DNA of 64,000 bases from an uncultured Planctomycetaceae bacterium (GCA_913052575.1 CAJXFK010000002.1:1746-65745); one strand, 5' to 3'. Positions 1 to 10,996 are shown, numbered from the stretch's first letter. The notes: generated from the sequence alone by a model not told the origin. Numbers and translations are program-made.

Positions 1-420
1 TACTGATTCATGAATACCAAACTCTGCGGAAAAATACACAACAGGCTTCGACCCAAGCACACCCGCGTGTACATTGCTCCAGGTGGAATCACCGGCAAGA
101 TATTCTTTCAGTCGTCTATGTGCCTGATTAATCCGACTGTATAGCACAAGTTCAGCGGCACGAGACTCGAGACGTTCAGGAGTAAATTCTGCCAACAGAG
201 CAATCGGATTGTGATCTAACTGCCTCCAGCGGATAGGATCGAGATCGCGAAATAAATTCGTTACTTCCGGATGCCAACTCCACCAAAGATTCTGAGCCAG
301 TGTTGTACATTTTTCATAGAGTGACTGAGGAGATAGTTCGTCTAAAGCAAGTGTTTGTTGAGCCCTACTCACAGAATTTATTTCAGCTGAACGACTCATG
401 GTGTTATCAATGCGACTCAT
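1..420 (-). CDS. alpha-glucan (glycogen/maltodextrin) phosphorylase family protein, N-terminal fragment; gene continues past the window start
   Basis: Reverse-strand translation from the ATG at 418-420 reads MSRIDNTMSRSAEINS...LAQNLWWSWHPEVTNLFRDLDPIRWRQLDHNPIALLAEF...VVYFSAEFGIHES. This resembles the conserved N-terminal (DUF3417) region of GlgP-type alpha-glucan phosphorylases. The frame is open to the window edge, so it is absent from the ORF track. Confidence 0.65.
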   Translation of the reverse strand, partial: MSRIDNTMSRSAEINSVSRAQQTLALDELSPQSLYEKCTTLAQNLWWSWHPEVTNLFRDLDPIRWRQLDHNPIALLAEFTPERLESRAAELVLYSRINQAHRRLKEYLAGDSTWSNVHAGVLGSKPVVYFSAEFGIHESV

Positions 421-577
421 GGTGTAACTCCAGGTAAGGAAGGAGATGGGCGGGGCACCAGTCAAGAATTCATAGTATATCGTGTCATGACAGACCTGCT
501 TAAGCCTTCATGGCAAGATCAACCAGACAGAACGAAACGGCGATACAGCAACGATTTCGTGTATAAACTAGTCCACA

Positions 578-1684
578 ATGACATCATTCCCTCCGCCATT
601 TCCGATTGGTTCCTCATTGGCAGAACTTTGCCAAGAACTCAAAACCATTGGTGCTCACACCAGGGAGGCAGGCCCTTGGAAGAGCGGTGCCCTTTCTAAA
701 ATTGCTACCCACGGTGGCCTTGCGGGCTGGATAAATAAAAATGATGGTGGCACAGAGGCTTCTGAGAAAGAGATCATGGAGTTTCTCATCGCTGTGGCAT
801 CTCATTGCCTGACGACCGCACTAGCCCTCACGCAATGGGCAAGCGCGGTACGGATCTTATCTCGTGCTAGCCCAGAAACACGAGCACGGTTTCTTCCACA
901 GCTTGTTACTGGCCAACAGTTTACCACTGTTGGTATTTCTCAACTCACGACAAGCCAACGACACTTCGACCGTCCCGTTCTTGTCGCTACTCATACAAAT
1001 AACAAATGGTCTTTAAATGGCCGATGTCCTTGGGTCACTGGCGCCGACAGCGTTGACACGCTCGTTACAGGAGCAATATCAGTGGACGCTCGCAAGACAA
1101 AAGCAACTCCACATTTTTTTATTCTTGAAACCAAGAGTTCTGGTGTCAAAATTGCACCACCAATGGAACTGCTTGCGCTGACAGGCAGCCGAACATCGAG
1201 CATTGAACTAGAACATGTCTCACCGGCGGCAGAAATTGCATCAAAATCTGAGTCTGGGCCTCAAACCGGAGGGCTTGGGACAACTGCCTTGGCCATAGGA
1301 AGCACTCGAGCAGCCCTTGCGATACTCGAACAAGAATCTTTGCAAAGAGATCAGCTCAAACCAATTTTCGCAGAACTTAGAAAAGAGGTTACTGTCATTG
1401 AGTCCATGCTCTTTCAATTCGCTGAAAAAGGAATTGATACTCAAGATCGAAATCTTCTACGACAACGAGCCAATACTCTTGTAACTCGCACATCTCAGGC
1501 TGCTCTCACTGCATCAAAAGGCGCTGGTTTTGTCAAAGGTCATCCAGCCGAACATCTCATTCGTGAGTCCATGTTTTACCTCGTATGGAGCTGCCCCCAG
1601 TCCGTTACGGAGTCTCTCCTCTGTAACTTTGCCGGTCTTGAAAATCAAACAAGCATTCCCTCGACAAATCAGTTGAAGGATTAG
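578..1684 (+). CDS. acyl-CoA dehydrogenase family protein (substrate unknown)
   Basis: 368-aa ORF. Segments such as TALALTQWASAV, KWSLNGRCPWVTGADSVD and LGTTALAIGSTRAAL fit the ACAD middle and C-terminal domain pattern. Confidence 0.55.
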   Translation: MTSFPPPFPIGSSLAELCQELKTIGAHTREAGPWKSGALSKIATHGGLAGWINKNDGGTEASEKEIMEFLIAVASHCLTTALALTQWASAVRILSRASPETRARFLPQLVTGQQFTTVGISQLTTSQRHFDRPVLVATHTNNKWSLNGRCPWVTGADSVDTLVTGAISVDARKTKATPHFFILETKSSGVKIAPPMELLALTGSRTSSIELEHVSPAAEIASKSESGPQTGGLGTTALAIGSTRAALAILEQESLQRDQLKPIFAELRKEVTVIESMLFQFAEKGIDTQDRNLLRQRANTLVTRTSQAALTASKGAGFVKGHPAEHLIRESMFYLVWSCPQSVTESLLCNFAGLENQTSIPSTNQLKD

Positions 1685-1907
1685 AGTTACCGACAACACA
1701 CGTGCTTTGCACTGTCACAACGGGCTCAGGGTTCACTAAACCACCCAAGTTCTACCTTTTCAACAGAAACCGAACTTGTCACATAAGAACTTGATGTGAA
1801 CACTCTCGGCCTATGGAATACGTGAGGTACGGTGAAAAGTCTTGACCTAGGCTTTTCACATTACTTTCTCAACTGAAAATCTCCAGATAGACTGTACGTC
1901 GGTTTTA

Positions 1908-2933
1908 ATGAATGCACCGCGCTCAATAGTGATTGTCAAACTATCCGCCATCGGTGATGTGATCCACGGAATTCCTACTGCTGTTGCACTTAAGCAATCA
2001 TTTCCAGATTCCACTATTAGCTGGGTTGTCGAGGGACGTTCAGCAGACGTTCTCGCCGGCCACAGTGCCGTAGATCATTTATTTCGGCTTCCAAGAGGTT
2101 GGCTCAAATCGTTTCAACAGGTTCTTCACCTGCGGCAACAACTGAAAAGTTTTCAAGCTGATGTAGTGATTGATTTACAAGGTCTTTTGAAAAGTAGCGT
2201 TGCGACTTTTCTTACAGGTAGCCGATTACGGATTGGTCATGCGAAACCAGAATCACGTGAGGGTGCATGGATTGCATACACCGACTCAATTGTCTCTGAT
2301 TCAGTACACGTGGTAGACAGAAACCTAGATCTTCTCCATCCCCTTGGAGTTAGAAAAACCGCCTATGGATTTGACATGCCAACTTGGCCCGTAAGCCAAC
2401 AACGTATTGGAAAATGGCTCAGTCAACTTCAATCCCAAGCTCCACCCATCATCATTAATCCCGGTGCAGGCTGGACATCAAAGCGATGGCCACCAGATCG
2501 ATTTGCAACTTTCGCAAAAGCTTTGTGGCAGAAACACAGAGTGGAATCATTAGTTGTCTGGGGAGGATCGTCTGAACAGAAGATCGCCAAAGACATTGTT
2601 GAAAAAGCAGGACGAGGCACAACCCTAGCACCCGCTACAACTCTGCAAGACCTTGGTGAACTCTGCCGAAAAGCCCGGCTGTTTATTTCCGGAGATACTG
2701 GTCCGCTTCACCTCGCAGCTGCTGTAGGCACACCTTGCGTCGGGCTATTTGGTCCTGTTCCGGCCGCAAGAAACGGACCCTATGGGAATAGACATATAGT
2801 CATTGAACCACCTCTCGCCGTCCGGCCGCACTGGAAAGACCGAAAAACAGATACGAAGTCAATGGCCGCAATAACAGTGGAACAGGTACTTGCGGCAGTT
2901 GAATCCGGACTTCGTCGGACAAACGCTGCCTGA
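1908..2933 (+). CDS. glycosyltransferase family 9 (LPS heptosyltransferase-like)
   Basis: 341 aa. The N-terminal IVIVKLSAIGDVIHGIPT and C-terminal ISGDTGPLHLAAAVGTP motifs are typical of ADP-heptose:LPS heptosyltransferases. Confidence 0.8.
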   Translation: MNAPRSIVIVKLSAIGDVIHGIPTAVALKQSFPDSTISWVVEGRSADVLAGHSAVDHLFRLPRGWLKSFQQVLHLRQQLKSFQADVVIDLQGLLKSSVATFLTGSRLRIGHAKPESREGAWIAYTDSIVSDSVHVVDRNLDLLHPLGVRKTAYGFDMPTWPVSQQRIGKWLSQLQSQAPPIIINPGAGWTSKRWPPDRFATFAKALWQKHRVESLVVWGGSSEQKIAKDIVEKAGRGTTLAPATTLQDLGELCRKARLFISGDTGPLHLAAAVGTPCVGLFGPVPAARNGPYGNRHIVIEPPLAVRPHWKDRKTDTKSMAAITVEQVLAAVESGLRRTNAA

Positions 2934-2942
2934 TCGATTTGA

Positions 2943-5308
<2,366 letters not shown>

Positions 5309-5309
5309 T

Positions 5310-6254
5310 TCAGTTCTTTTCAGAAGTCTGACTGTGAATGCGGTGTTCCGCTTCAAAAAATTGTGCCAGCGGAATCGTCATAACAGCCATCACCATGCCC
5401 CACAATGGGCAGGCCGTCAATATTCCCACAATTGGCCAGATCACGAGGCCTGCTCGAGCGATGACTTTCTGTGTCGATGCAAACCAAATCCCACCGACTA
5501 CCAATACCTCCCACAGAATAATGCCATGCGTCAGCACATTGCATACATATTCAGATTGAAGAAGAACATCAGTTACATCAAACAGCCTGCCTGGCTTCCG
5601 TGTCGCTATCCACCATATGGCAGTGCCGTTCCACCAGACATCACCTTTGAGCTGAGAAAGGAGAGCCGCCCCAGAGATAACGACTGCATGAATTTGTAAC
5701 AGTCCTGAAGCAATACGAGAACGCACCCGAGATCGAGGTGGCTGCCAACCAAGTTTCTTGTGCAGCATCGCATCAACAGAAAGGTGTTCTCCTGAAGTGC
5801 CAACGACCAGACACCAGAGAAGCACAGCCATGCAATCATCAGCAGGCCCAGCTAACATTGGACCTCGATGAAGAAGTGACGCCCAACCAAGAGCAGTGAG
5901 AAGCGATGTAACAGGAGTCACAAAACCGATAGTGAGTAGAATAAACAGAGAGACAAGAACAAAAAAGGTGCTTGTTAAACCGGCGTTCGTCCCACTCGCA
6001 TCAAATATTGAAAAAGCAAAAGGTGATCGCCAGGCGGTTACAGAATCAACAGGCAACCAACCAGAAGGACCAAACCAGCCAGAAAGATCATTCCCGTAGC
6101 TCATGCACAATAGCAACCCGAGCATGCCCGTCATAATCCGTACTACCGCAAGTGATTGACTACCCGAGGGTAAAAACCAATAACTCTCCCAGGTTTGGCC
6201 TATCGCAAAACCTAAACTCTGATCAACCAATGTAGCGTCGGATTCTTTTTTCAT
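5310..6254 (-). CDS. polytopic membrane protein, HTTM-domain-like (vitamin-K-dependent gamma-carboxylase-related fold)
   Basis: 314 aa. The N-terminal pattern WESYWFLPSGSQSLAVVRIMTGMLGLLL followed by about 8 hydrophobic helices resembles HTTM-domain proteins. The assignment is by pattern only. Confidence 0.45.
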   Translation of the reverse strand: MKKESDATLVDQSLGFAIGQTWESYWFLPSGSQSLAVVRIMTGMLGLLLCMSYGNDLSGWFGPSGWLPVDSVTAWRSPFAFSIFDASGTNAGLTSTFFVLVSLFILLTIGFVTPVTSLLTALGWASLLHRGPMLAGPADDCMAVLLWCLVVGTSGEHLSVDAMLHKKLGWQPPRSRVRSRIASGLLQIHAVVISGAALLSQLKGDVWWNGTAIWWIATRKPGRLFDVTDVLLQSEYVCNVLTHGIILWEVLVVGGIWFASTQKVIARAGLVIWPIVGILTACPLWGMVMAVMTIPLAQFFEAEHRIHSQTSEKN

Positions 6255-6874
6255 GCCCCACCTTCTTGCTGCACAACTGGGGCCATTTCTTGACGCGATT
6301 CACTTTTTATAAGTTGAATACTGTCGCCAGCGACTTTACGAATTCGAGCCTGATAGAGCACGATAGGTGCTGGGGCATTTATCGGAGACTGTCTTTCGGG
6401 ACGAGGCAAAACAAGAATTCGTAGATCGATATCATTACTTTCACAAGCTGCAAAAGCTGCCTCTGAAAACCCCGCCGGCAGAAGCCCCTCTCTCGTGAGA
6501 TCTTCTTCACTAGCAATCACTGAACGAAGCAATCGCTGCCAACGAATTGATTCGCCACCACGAACACTTGGTCGAGACACTGTCATCCATTCAGTGTCAC
6601 CATAGGCACGTAATTCAAGACGGTGTGTCGCATCCGCTTGCTGTCCATACGTAAAAAAATAATCAAACCCAAGATCAAGCCATGGCGGAATATTCCAAAA
6701 TGAAAACAGTCTTTCCTTCACTACACCAAGTAATAAAGAGGAACCGCTTCCGCTGTTGCACGCAACAGAAAGACCAAGACCCGTTAAATAGACAACTAAA
6801 ACAAGAGTGGCTAAAGATCGCGACACTTCTCCCCAACAATTACTTCCAGAAGGTTTGGCTTGCCCTGAAAACAT
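6251..6874 (-). CDS. hypothetical protein with N-terminal signal/anchor, translationally coupled to the HTTM-like gene
   Basis: 207-aa ORF. Its stop overlaps the start of the downstream gene by 4 bp (6251-6254). It has one N-terminal hydrophobic helix (LATLVLVVYLTGLGLSVA). Confidence 0.55.
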   Translation of the reverse strand: MFSGQAKPSGSNCWGEVSRSLATLVLVVYLTGLGLSVACNSGSGSSLLLGVVKERLFSFWNIPPWLDLGFDYFFTYGQQADATHRLELRAYGDTEWMTVSRPSVRGGESIRWQRLLRSVIASEEDLTREGLLPAGFSEAAFAACESNDIDLRILVLPRPERQSPINAPAPIVLYQARIRKVAGDSIQLIKSESRQEMAPVVQQEGGA

Positions 6875-7097
6875 GAGGTACGTCCGGCTTTGAAGCGATA
6901 GGATAAAGGATCGACTTATTCAGTCTGATTCACTGACTCCCTTCACACCAGAGCAGGACACATTTTTCACAGAATACTTTCACCCCGGACTCTCGATATA
7001 ACGTTGACACTGATAGAAATGGGAGATAGGTTTGACTCGTTCAGAAGTCTGAACCTGCTCGTTTTTGAGCAACATTTTGTGAGCGAACACCTTGCGA

Positions 7098-7170
7098 GGG
7101 GGATTAGCTCAGTTGGGAGAGCGTCTGGCTGGCAGCCAGAAGGTCAGGGGTTCGAGTCCCCTATCCTCCA
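7098..7170 (+). tRNA. tRNA-Ala (anticodon GGC)
   Basis: Hand-folded cloverleaf: acceptor GGGGGAT/ATCCTCC with the G3:U70 alanine identity pair, D arm GCTC-AGTTGGGA-GAGC, anticodon arm TCTGG-CTGGCAG-CCAGA (GGC), and T arm AGGGG-TTCGAGT-CCCCT. The 3' CCA is not encoded. Confidence 0.9.
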
Positions 7171-7253
7171 CTTCAACTTGCTCACGAACGAAGATTTCTG
7201 TTCGGCACTGAAACCTTCACACATCAAATACATTGCTGGCTGTTGAGTAACTC

Positions 7254-8201
7254 ATGAATCGGCAGGTAAGCTCTTCTGACATTGCATGGCAGGACGGTAA
7301 TTTTCTACCTCGCCATCAACTGTCTATTTCACCAAGCGATGCCGGCTTTGTACTCGGAGCTACGGTCACTGAACAGCTACGAACAATTCAAGGAAAAATT
7401 TTCTGTGCCGATGCCCACGCTGACAGATTATCAAACTCACTTCGTGACGTAGGCATAGCCCCATACGAAACAATAAAGGCGATATTTTCAGCAGCCGATC
7501 ATGTTGCTACACATAATCATGAGGTACTTACCAAGGGTGGAAAGGCATCTGACAATGACCTTGGTGTTATTATCTTTATAACACCTGGCCTCATGGCGTC
7601 GCAGAATAGTGGTCTGCCCGGTAAGCCATCGACAACTATCCACACATTTCCACTCGCTTTCAACTTATGGGCAGATGCTTACGAATCTGGCACAAGTCTT
7701 CGTTGTGTTACCGTTCGCCAAGTTCCGAAAGACTGTTGGTCAATGACTGCCAAGGTACGCAGTCGATTACACTACTTTCTTGCAGAGCAAGAAGCGTCTG
7801 CTTACGAAAAAGGATCACGCCCTCTTTTGGCTCATGCAGATGGACGCATTAGTGAAACATCTACTGCTAATATCGCGGCTTTGCACGGACGGACTATTGT
7901 CACTCCTCCAAAAGAAGACGCTCTTCCTGGCATCAGCATGGGGTACTTAAAAAACCTTTCCGAAGATGCTGGATTTCAATGGGAAACAAATTCCCTGACT
8001 CGAGAAAATTTACTATCAGCCGACGAGGTTTTCTTGACCAGTACGCCCTGGTGCCTCTTTGCTGTTACCCGAATCGACGGGGAGATCATCGGCCAGAAGC
8101 CCCCCGGCCCCGTCTTTCGTAAGCTCCTTTGTGCCTGGTCTGACAACGTTGGTCTCAATCTCTCAAAGCAGGCTTTGAGCCTCAAAAAACAAGGCAAATA
8201 A
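7254..8201 (+). CDS. aminotransferase class IV family protein (branched-chain/D-amino-acid aminotransferase or aminodeoxychorismate-lyase-like)
   Basis: 315 aa. It has the fold-type IV pattern, including a candidate catalytic Lys in MTAKVRSRLHYFLAEQEA and the C-terminal EVFLTSTPWCLFAVTRIDG. Confidence 0.65.
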   Translation: MNRQVSSSDIAWQDGNFLPRHQLSISPSDAGFVLGATVTEQLRTIQGKIFCADAHADRLSNSLRDVGIAPYETIKAIFSAADHVATHNHEVLTKGGKASDNDLGVIIFITPGLMASQNSGLPGKPSTTIHTFPLAFNLWADAYESGTSLRCVTVRQVPKDCWSMTAKVRSRLHYFLAEQEASAYEKGSRPLLAHADGRISETSTANIAALHGRTIVTPPKEDALPGISMGYLKNLSEDAGFQWETNSLTRENLLSADEVFLTSTPWCLFAVTRIDGEIIGQKPPGPVFRKLLCAWSDNVGLNLSKQALSLKKQGK

Positions 8202-8375
8202 GCCAACCAACAAGGGCGGGAACAGGTCAATCAGCCGGGGTGTCCGAAATTTTTCACACGCTATCATTTTTTATATGTAAGTTATGGTGAAAATCGGTAG
8301 GATTTAAACCTTAACTTAGGGGAGCATTGCTAGTGTTCAGCATGTTTCTCAAACGCAATCTACAAGGAGTTTTAG

Positions 8376-9131
8376 ATGTTTCCTCTATTGGCTGATGCTG
8401 TCGGAACGTTGGCAGCACTTTCTTCTGACTGGACCCAAAATACACCGTTACAGTCGGTCACTCTTTACCTGTTTTTCGCAGGCACCGTTGCGATGGGTGC
8501 AGGGGCAGCATATTTCCTACTTATGCGGAACAATGTTGATTCGGCTTACAGAAGCACAATGGTCTGCGCAGGGCTAGTGTGTGGCATTGCTTGTTTTCAC
8601 TATTTTAAGATGACACATGTCTATCAGGAGTCAGGTGGACAATTCCCAACTGCACTTCGATACATTGACTGGCTCTTCACAACCCCGTTGATGCTCATCA
8701 AGTTTCCACTACTGCTTCGAATGGGAGAAAAAGGGACAAAGTTTTTTGTTCAACTCGTAACCCTTGATATTGGCATGATTGTTTGTGCTTTTATCGCAGA
8801 AACTTCACCAATTGGATCAAATGAGTGGTGGGGATTCTTTATCGTAGCATGTGTGCTTGAATTGTTGATTGTGGCAATTCTCTACACAGGTCTCGGCTCT
8901 GCTATCAAGGCAGCACCAGCACCGATTGCTAAATCACTTGATACGATGCGACTATTTATCCTGATTGGTTGGGCGATTTATCCAATTGGATTCCTCATGG
9001 CATACAGTGGCTATGGTGAAGTCCGTGAAATTTTCTACAACGTCGCTGACGTAATCAATAAAGTTGGTTTTGGGCTTGCAGCCTACTGGGGCATTGAGGC
9101 TCTGAGTCATTCGACAAAGCAAACAGCTTAG
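8376..9131 (+). CDS. microbial (type-1) rhodopsin, proteorhodopsin/xanthorhodopsin-like, D-T-K motif; probable light-driven proton pump
   Basis: 251 aa with seven hydrophobic helices. Helix C reads RYIDWLFTTPLMLIKF (R95, D98, T102, K109) and helix G reads NVADVINKVGFGL (D225, Schiff-base K229). A helix-B His (H75, CFHYF) is present. An AAGGAG Shine-Dalgarno sequence lies 7 nt upstream of the ATG. Confidence 0.9.
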   Translation: MFPLLADAVGTLAALSSDWTQNTPLQSVTLYLFFAGTVAMGAGAAYFLLMRNNVDSAYRSTMVCAGLVCGIACFHYFKMTHVYQESGGQFPTALRYIDWLFTTPLMLIKFPLLLRMGEKGTKFFVQLVTLDIGMIVCAFIAETSPIGSNEWWGFFIVACVLELLIVAILYTGLGSAIKAAPAPIAKSLDTMRLFILIGWAIYPIGFLMAYSGYGEVREIFYNVADVINKVGFGLAAYWGIEALSHSTKQTA

Positions 9132-9143
9132 TCATTGTCACGC

Positions 9144-9176
9144 GGGATGGCGGTGATCGGTGATCACCGCCATCCC
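9144..9176 (+). promoter_or_regulatory. perfect 15-bp-stem / 3-nt-loop hairpin between the rhodopsin stop and the blh start
   Basis: GGGATGGCGGTGATC-GGT-GATCACCGCCATCCC, with every stem position checked as Watson-Crick. It ends 2 nt before the ATG at 9179 and has no downstream T-tract. Confidence 0.7.
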
Positions 9177-9178
9177 TG

Positions 9179-10279
9179 ATGACTGCGTCTCGTGGAAACG
9201 TTGAAATGTTCACAACAGATCAACCAACTTCACCGAAGGTGTTGTTTCGAAGTACATTTCGTGAGCTTACTTCCTTGATGTCACAAAAAACATTGTGGTT
9301 TTCGTGGTTGCCTCTAGCTCTCATCAGCACTGCAATCTTTGGCTCTTTCTACTGTGCACAAGTCACGCCTAAAAGTATTGAGGTCATACCGTGGCTTATC
9401 GCACTTTTTTTTGTAGGCATGCCTCATGGTGCAGCAGACCTTGCTGTGCTTCAGTCGAAGAAAAAGAGCACTGAAGCGTTAACGGCTTTTTTCTTCTATC
9501 TCTTGTGTATGGGCGTTATATCAATCATCTACGTCGTCGCCCCTGGAATGAGCCTTGTTGGATTTATCATTCTGAGCCTCTGGCATTTCGGGAATACAGA
9601 AACATCAGGCGGTAACGTATCTATTGGTCTCTATGACCGCCTCGTAGCAAGCTGTGCTAAAGGTGGCGTTGTTCTTGGCATGCCACTTGCAACCTGGCCA
9701 AATGCAACAGCATCAGTTTCGACAGAACTCATCACTCTGACTAATCCTGCCCGTGCCGTATTCGGATTGCCTATGCTTGACAGTCAATTATTTGCAGCAA
9801 ACCAGGTCGCAATTACAGGGTCAGTGCTCCTGTCTTTTGCAGCATGTGCTTGGCTCATAATTTTCTTTCAACCTTTCCCGTACAGAAAACCTGCAGAGAA
9901 AAAACAGATTCGACGTTCAATGAATGACTTTTTTCAATATAGTCTCATTGGCATCCTCGAATTTGTGGCCTCTCCGCTTTTTGGTATCGGAATCTACTTC
10001 CTTGTTTTTCACAGCTGGAAACAAATGCCAGCACTTGCGAACAACTTTTTATCGCCCTCATTAGCAACCCATCCACTGCAGCAGGTCTTTGTAGTGCATA
10101 AAGCAGCTCTGCCCTTACTTGTCCCGACGTGGATACTACTGGGCTTTACTTGGTGGAGCCTCTCAGATGGGCTGGACTTACGCGACTTGGCTCTTCTTTC
10201 ACTTCTTGTCTATCTGATTGTGACGCCAGCTCATGAAATACTGTGCTCATGGCTTTCAACTCAACAAGAAACGGCCTGA
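9179..10279 (+). CDS. blh: Brp/Blh family beta-carotene 15,15'-dioxygenase (retinal synthesis)
   Basis: 366-aa polytopic membrane protein. It has the four conserved His motifs of the Brp/Blh family: GMPHGAADL, LWHFGN, LVFHSWK and VTPAHEIL. The start is uncertain; in-frame alternatives are M10 and M34. Confidence 0.85.
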   Translation: MTASRGNVEMFTTDQPTSPKVLFRSTFRELTSLMSQKTLWFSWLPLALISTAIFGSFYCAQVTPKSIEVIPWLIALFFVGMPHGAADLAVLQSKKKSTEALTAFFFYLLCMGVISIIYVVAPGMSLVGFIILSLWHFGNTETSGGNVSIGLYDRLVASCAKGGVVLGMPLATWPNATASVSTELITLTNPARAVFGLPMLDSQLFAANQVAITGSVLLSFAACAWLIIFFQPFPYRKPAEKKQIRRSMNDFFQYSLIGILEFVASPLFGIGIYFLVFHSWKQMPALANNFLSPSLATHPLQQVFVVHKAALPLLVPTWILLGFTWWSLSDGLDLRDLALLSLLVYLIVTPAHEILCSWLSTQQETA

Positions 10280-10327
10280 CTCCTTAGGCGCTGAACTGCT
10301 ATGCTTTTCTGACTCGAGGAAGAAAGC

Positions 10328-10996
10328 ATGACCACACCACCACTGCCTGAAGAAACTCTCAATCCACAGAAGCCTGAGAATGCCCCCACAAAGCCTCGAG
10401 GTCTGCTCAGACGTCTCTATAACTGGGTGCTTTCATGGGCTGATTCGCCACACGGCATGATGGCCTTGGCTGGGATATCGTTTGCGGAAAGTTCTTTTTT
10501 TCCGATACCACCAGATGTTCTTCAAATTGCTCTTTCCGTTGGTGAGCCGCGCAAGAGCTATCGTTTTGCGACTATCTCAGTGATTGCAAGCGTTCTAGGG
10601 GCCATCCTGGGCTGGGCAATTGGCTGGGGGTTATGGCAATTCGTTGATACATTTTTTTATAACAACATCCCTGGATTTACCGAAAAAAAGTTTGAATACG
10701 TAGAGACTCTTTATCAGCAAAATGCCTTCCTCTGGTTGATACTGTCTGCATTCACACCAATACCGTTCAAAATATTCACAATAGCAGCTGGTGTATGCTC
10801 AGTACCACTTCCAACTCTCATACTTGCCTCATCAATTGGACGAGGAGCACGCTTCTTTTTAGTTGCTACGGTCATGAGACTATTTGGAAAACAAGCAAGA
10901 GATATTCTCGACAAATACCTCGAGGTGATAACCATAATCTTTGGTGTTCTGGTATTTGCTGGCTTCATTGCAATCGAGCTTCTCACAAACCACTAG
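10328..10996 (+). CDS. YqaA/DedA-type (VTT domain) membrane protein
   Basis: 222 aa. The pattern SWADSPHGMMALAGISFAESSFFPIPPDVLQIAL is typical of the YqaA subfamily. Confidence 0.7.
   Translation: MTTPPLPEETLNPQKPENAPTKPRGLLRRLYNWVLSWADSPHGMMALAGISFAESSFFPIPPDVLQIALSVGEPRKSYRFATISVIASVLGAILGWAIGWGLWQFVDTFFYNNIPGFTEKKFEYVETLYQQNAFLWLILSAFTPIPFKIFTIAAGVCSVPLPTLILASSIGRGARFFLVATVMRLFGKQARDILDKYLEVITIIFGVLVFAGFIAIELLTNH

Noticed and set aside
7004-7246. 80-aa ORF in the track covering the tRNA region
   Set aside because: It runs straight through the well-folded tRNA-Ala (7098-7170). Its peptide (…GISSVGRASGWQPEGQGFESPILH…) is simply the tRNA read as codons. It is not a gene.
8250-8294. Inverted TTTTCAC…GTGAAAA arms upstream of the rhodopsin gene, and a similar GTGAAAAG-N12-CTTTTCAC hairpin at 1832-1859. 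I considered these as a shared CRP/FNR-like (TGTGA-N6-TCACA) operator or a light-responsive site.
   Set aside because: The arms are only 7 to 8 bp and the spacers differ (~29 nt against 12 nt). The arms point in opposite orientations and neither site fits N6 spacing. Only two occurrences were seen, so chance is the likelier explanation without genome-wide enrichment data.
9144-9176. Hairpin read as a rho-independent terminator of the rhodopsin gene
   Set aside because: No T/U-tract follows the stem on either strand. It is kept as a structural or regulatory hairpin rather than called a terminator.
7098-10996. Idea that the rhodopsin-blh-yqaA block is a tRNA-Ala-targeted genomic island
   Set aside because: There is no integrase or recombinase, no direct repeat of the tRNA 3' end downstream, and no visible GC or codon shift. 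A housekeeping-type aminotransferase gene also lies between the tRNA and the opsin.
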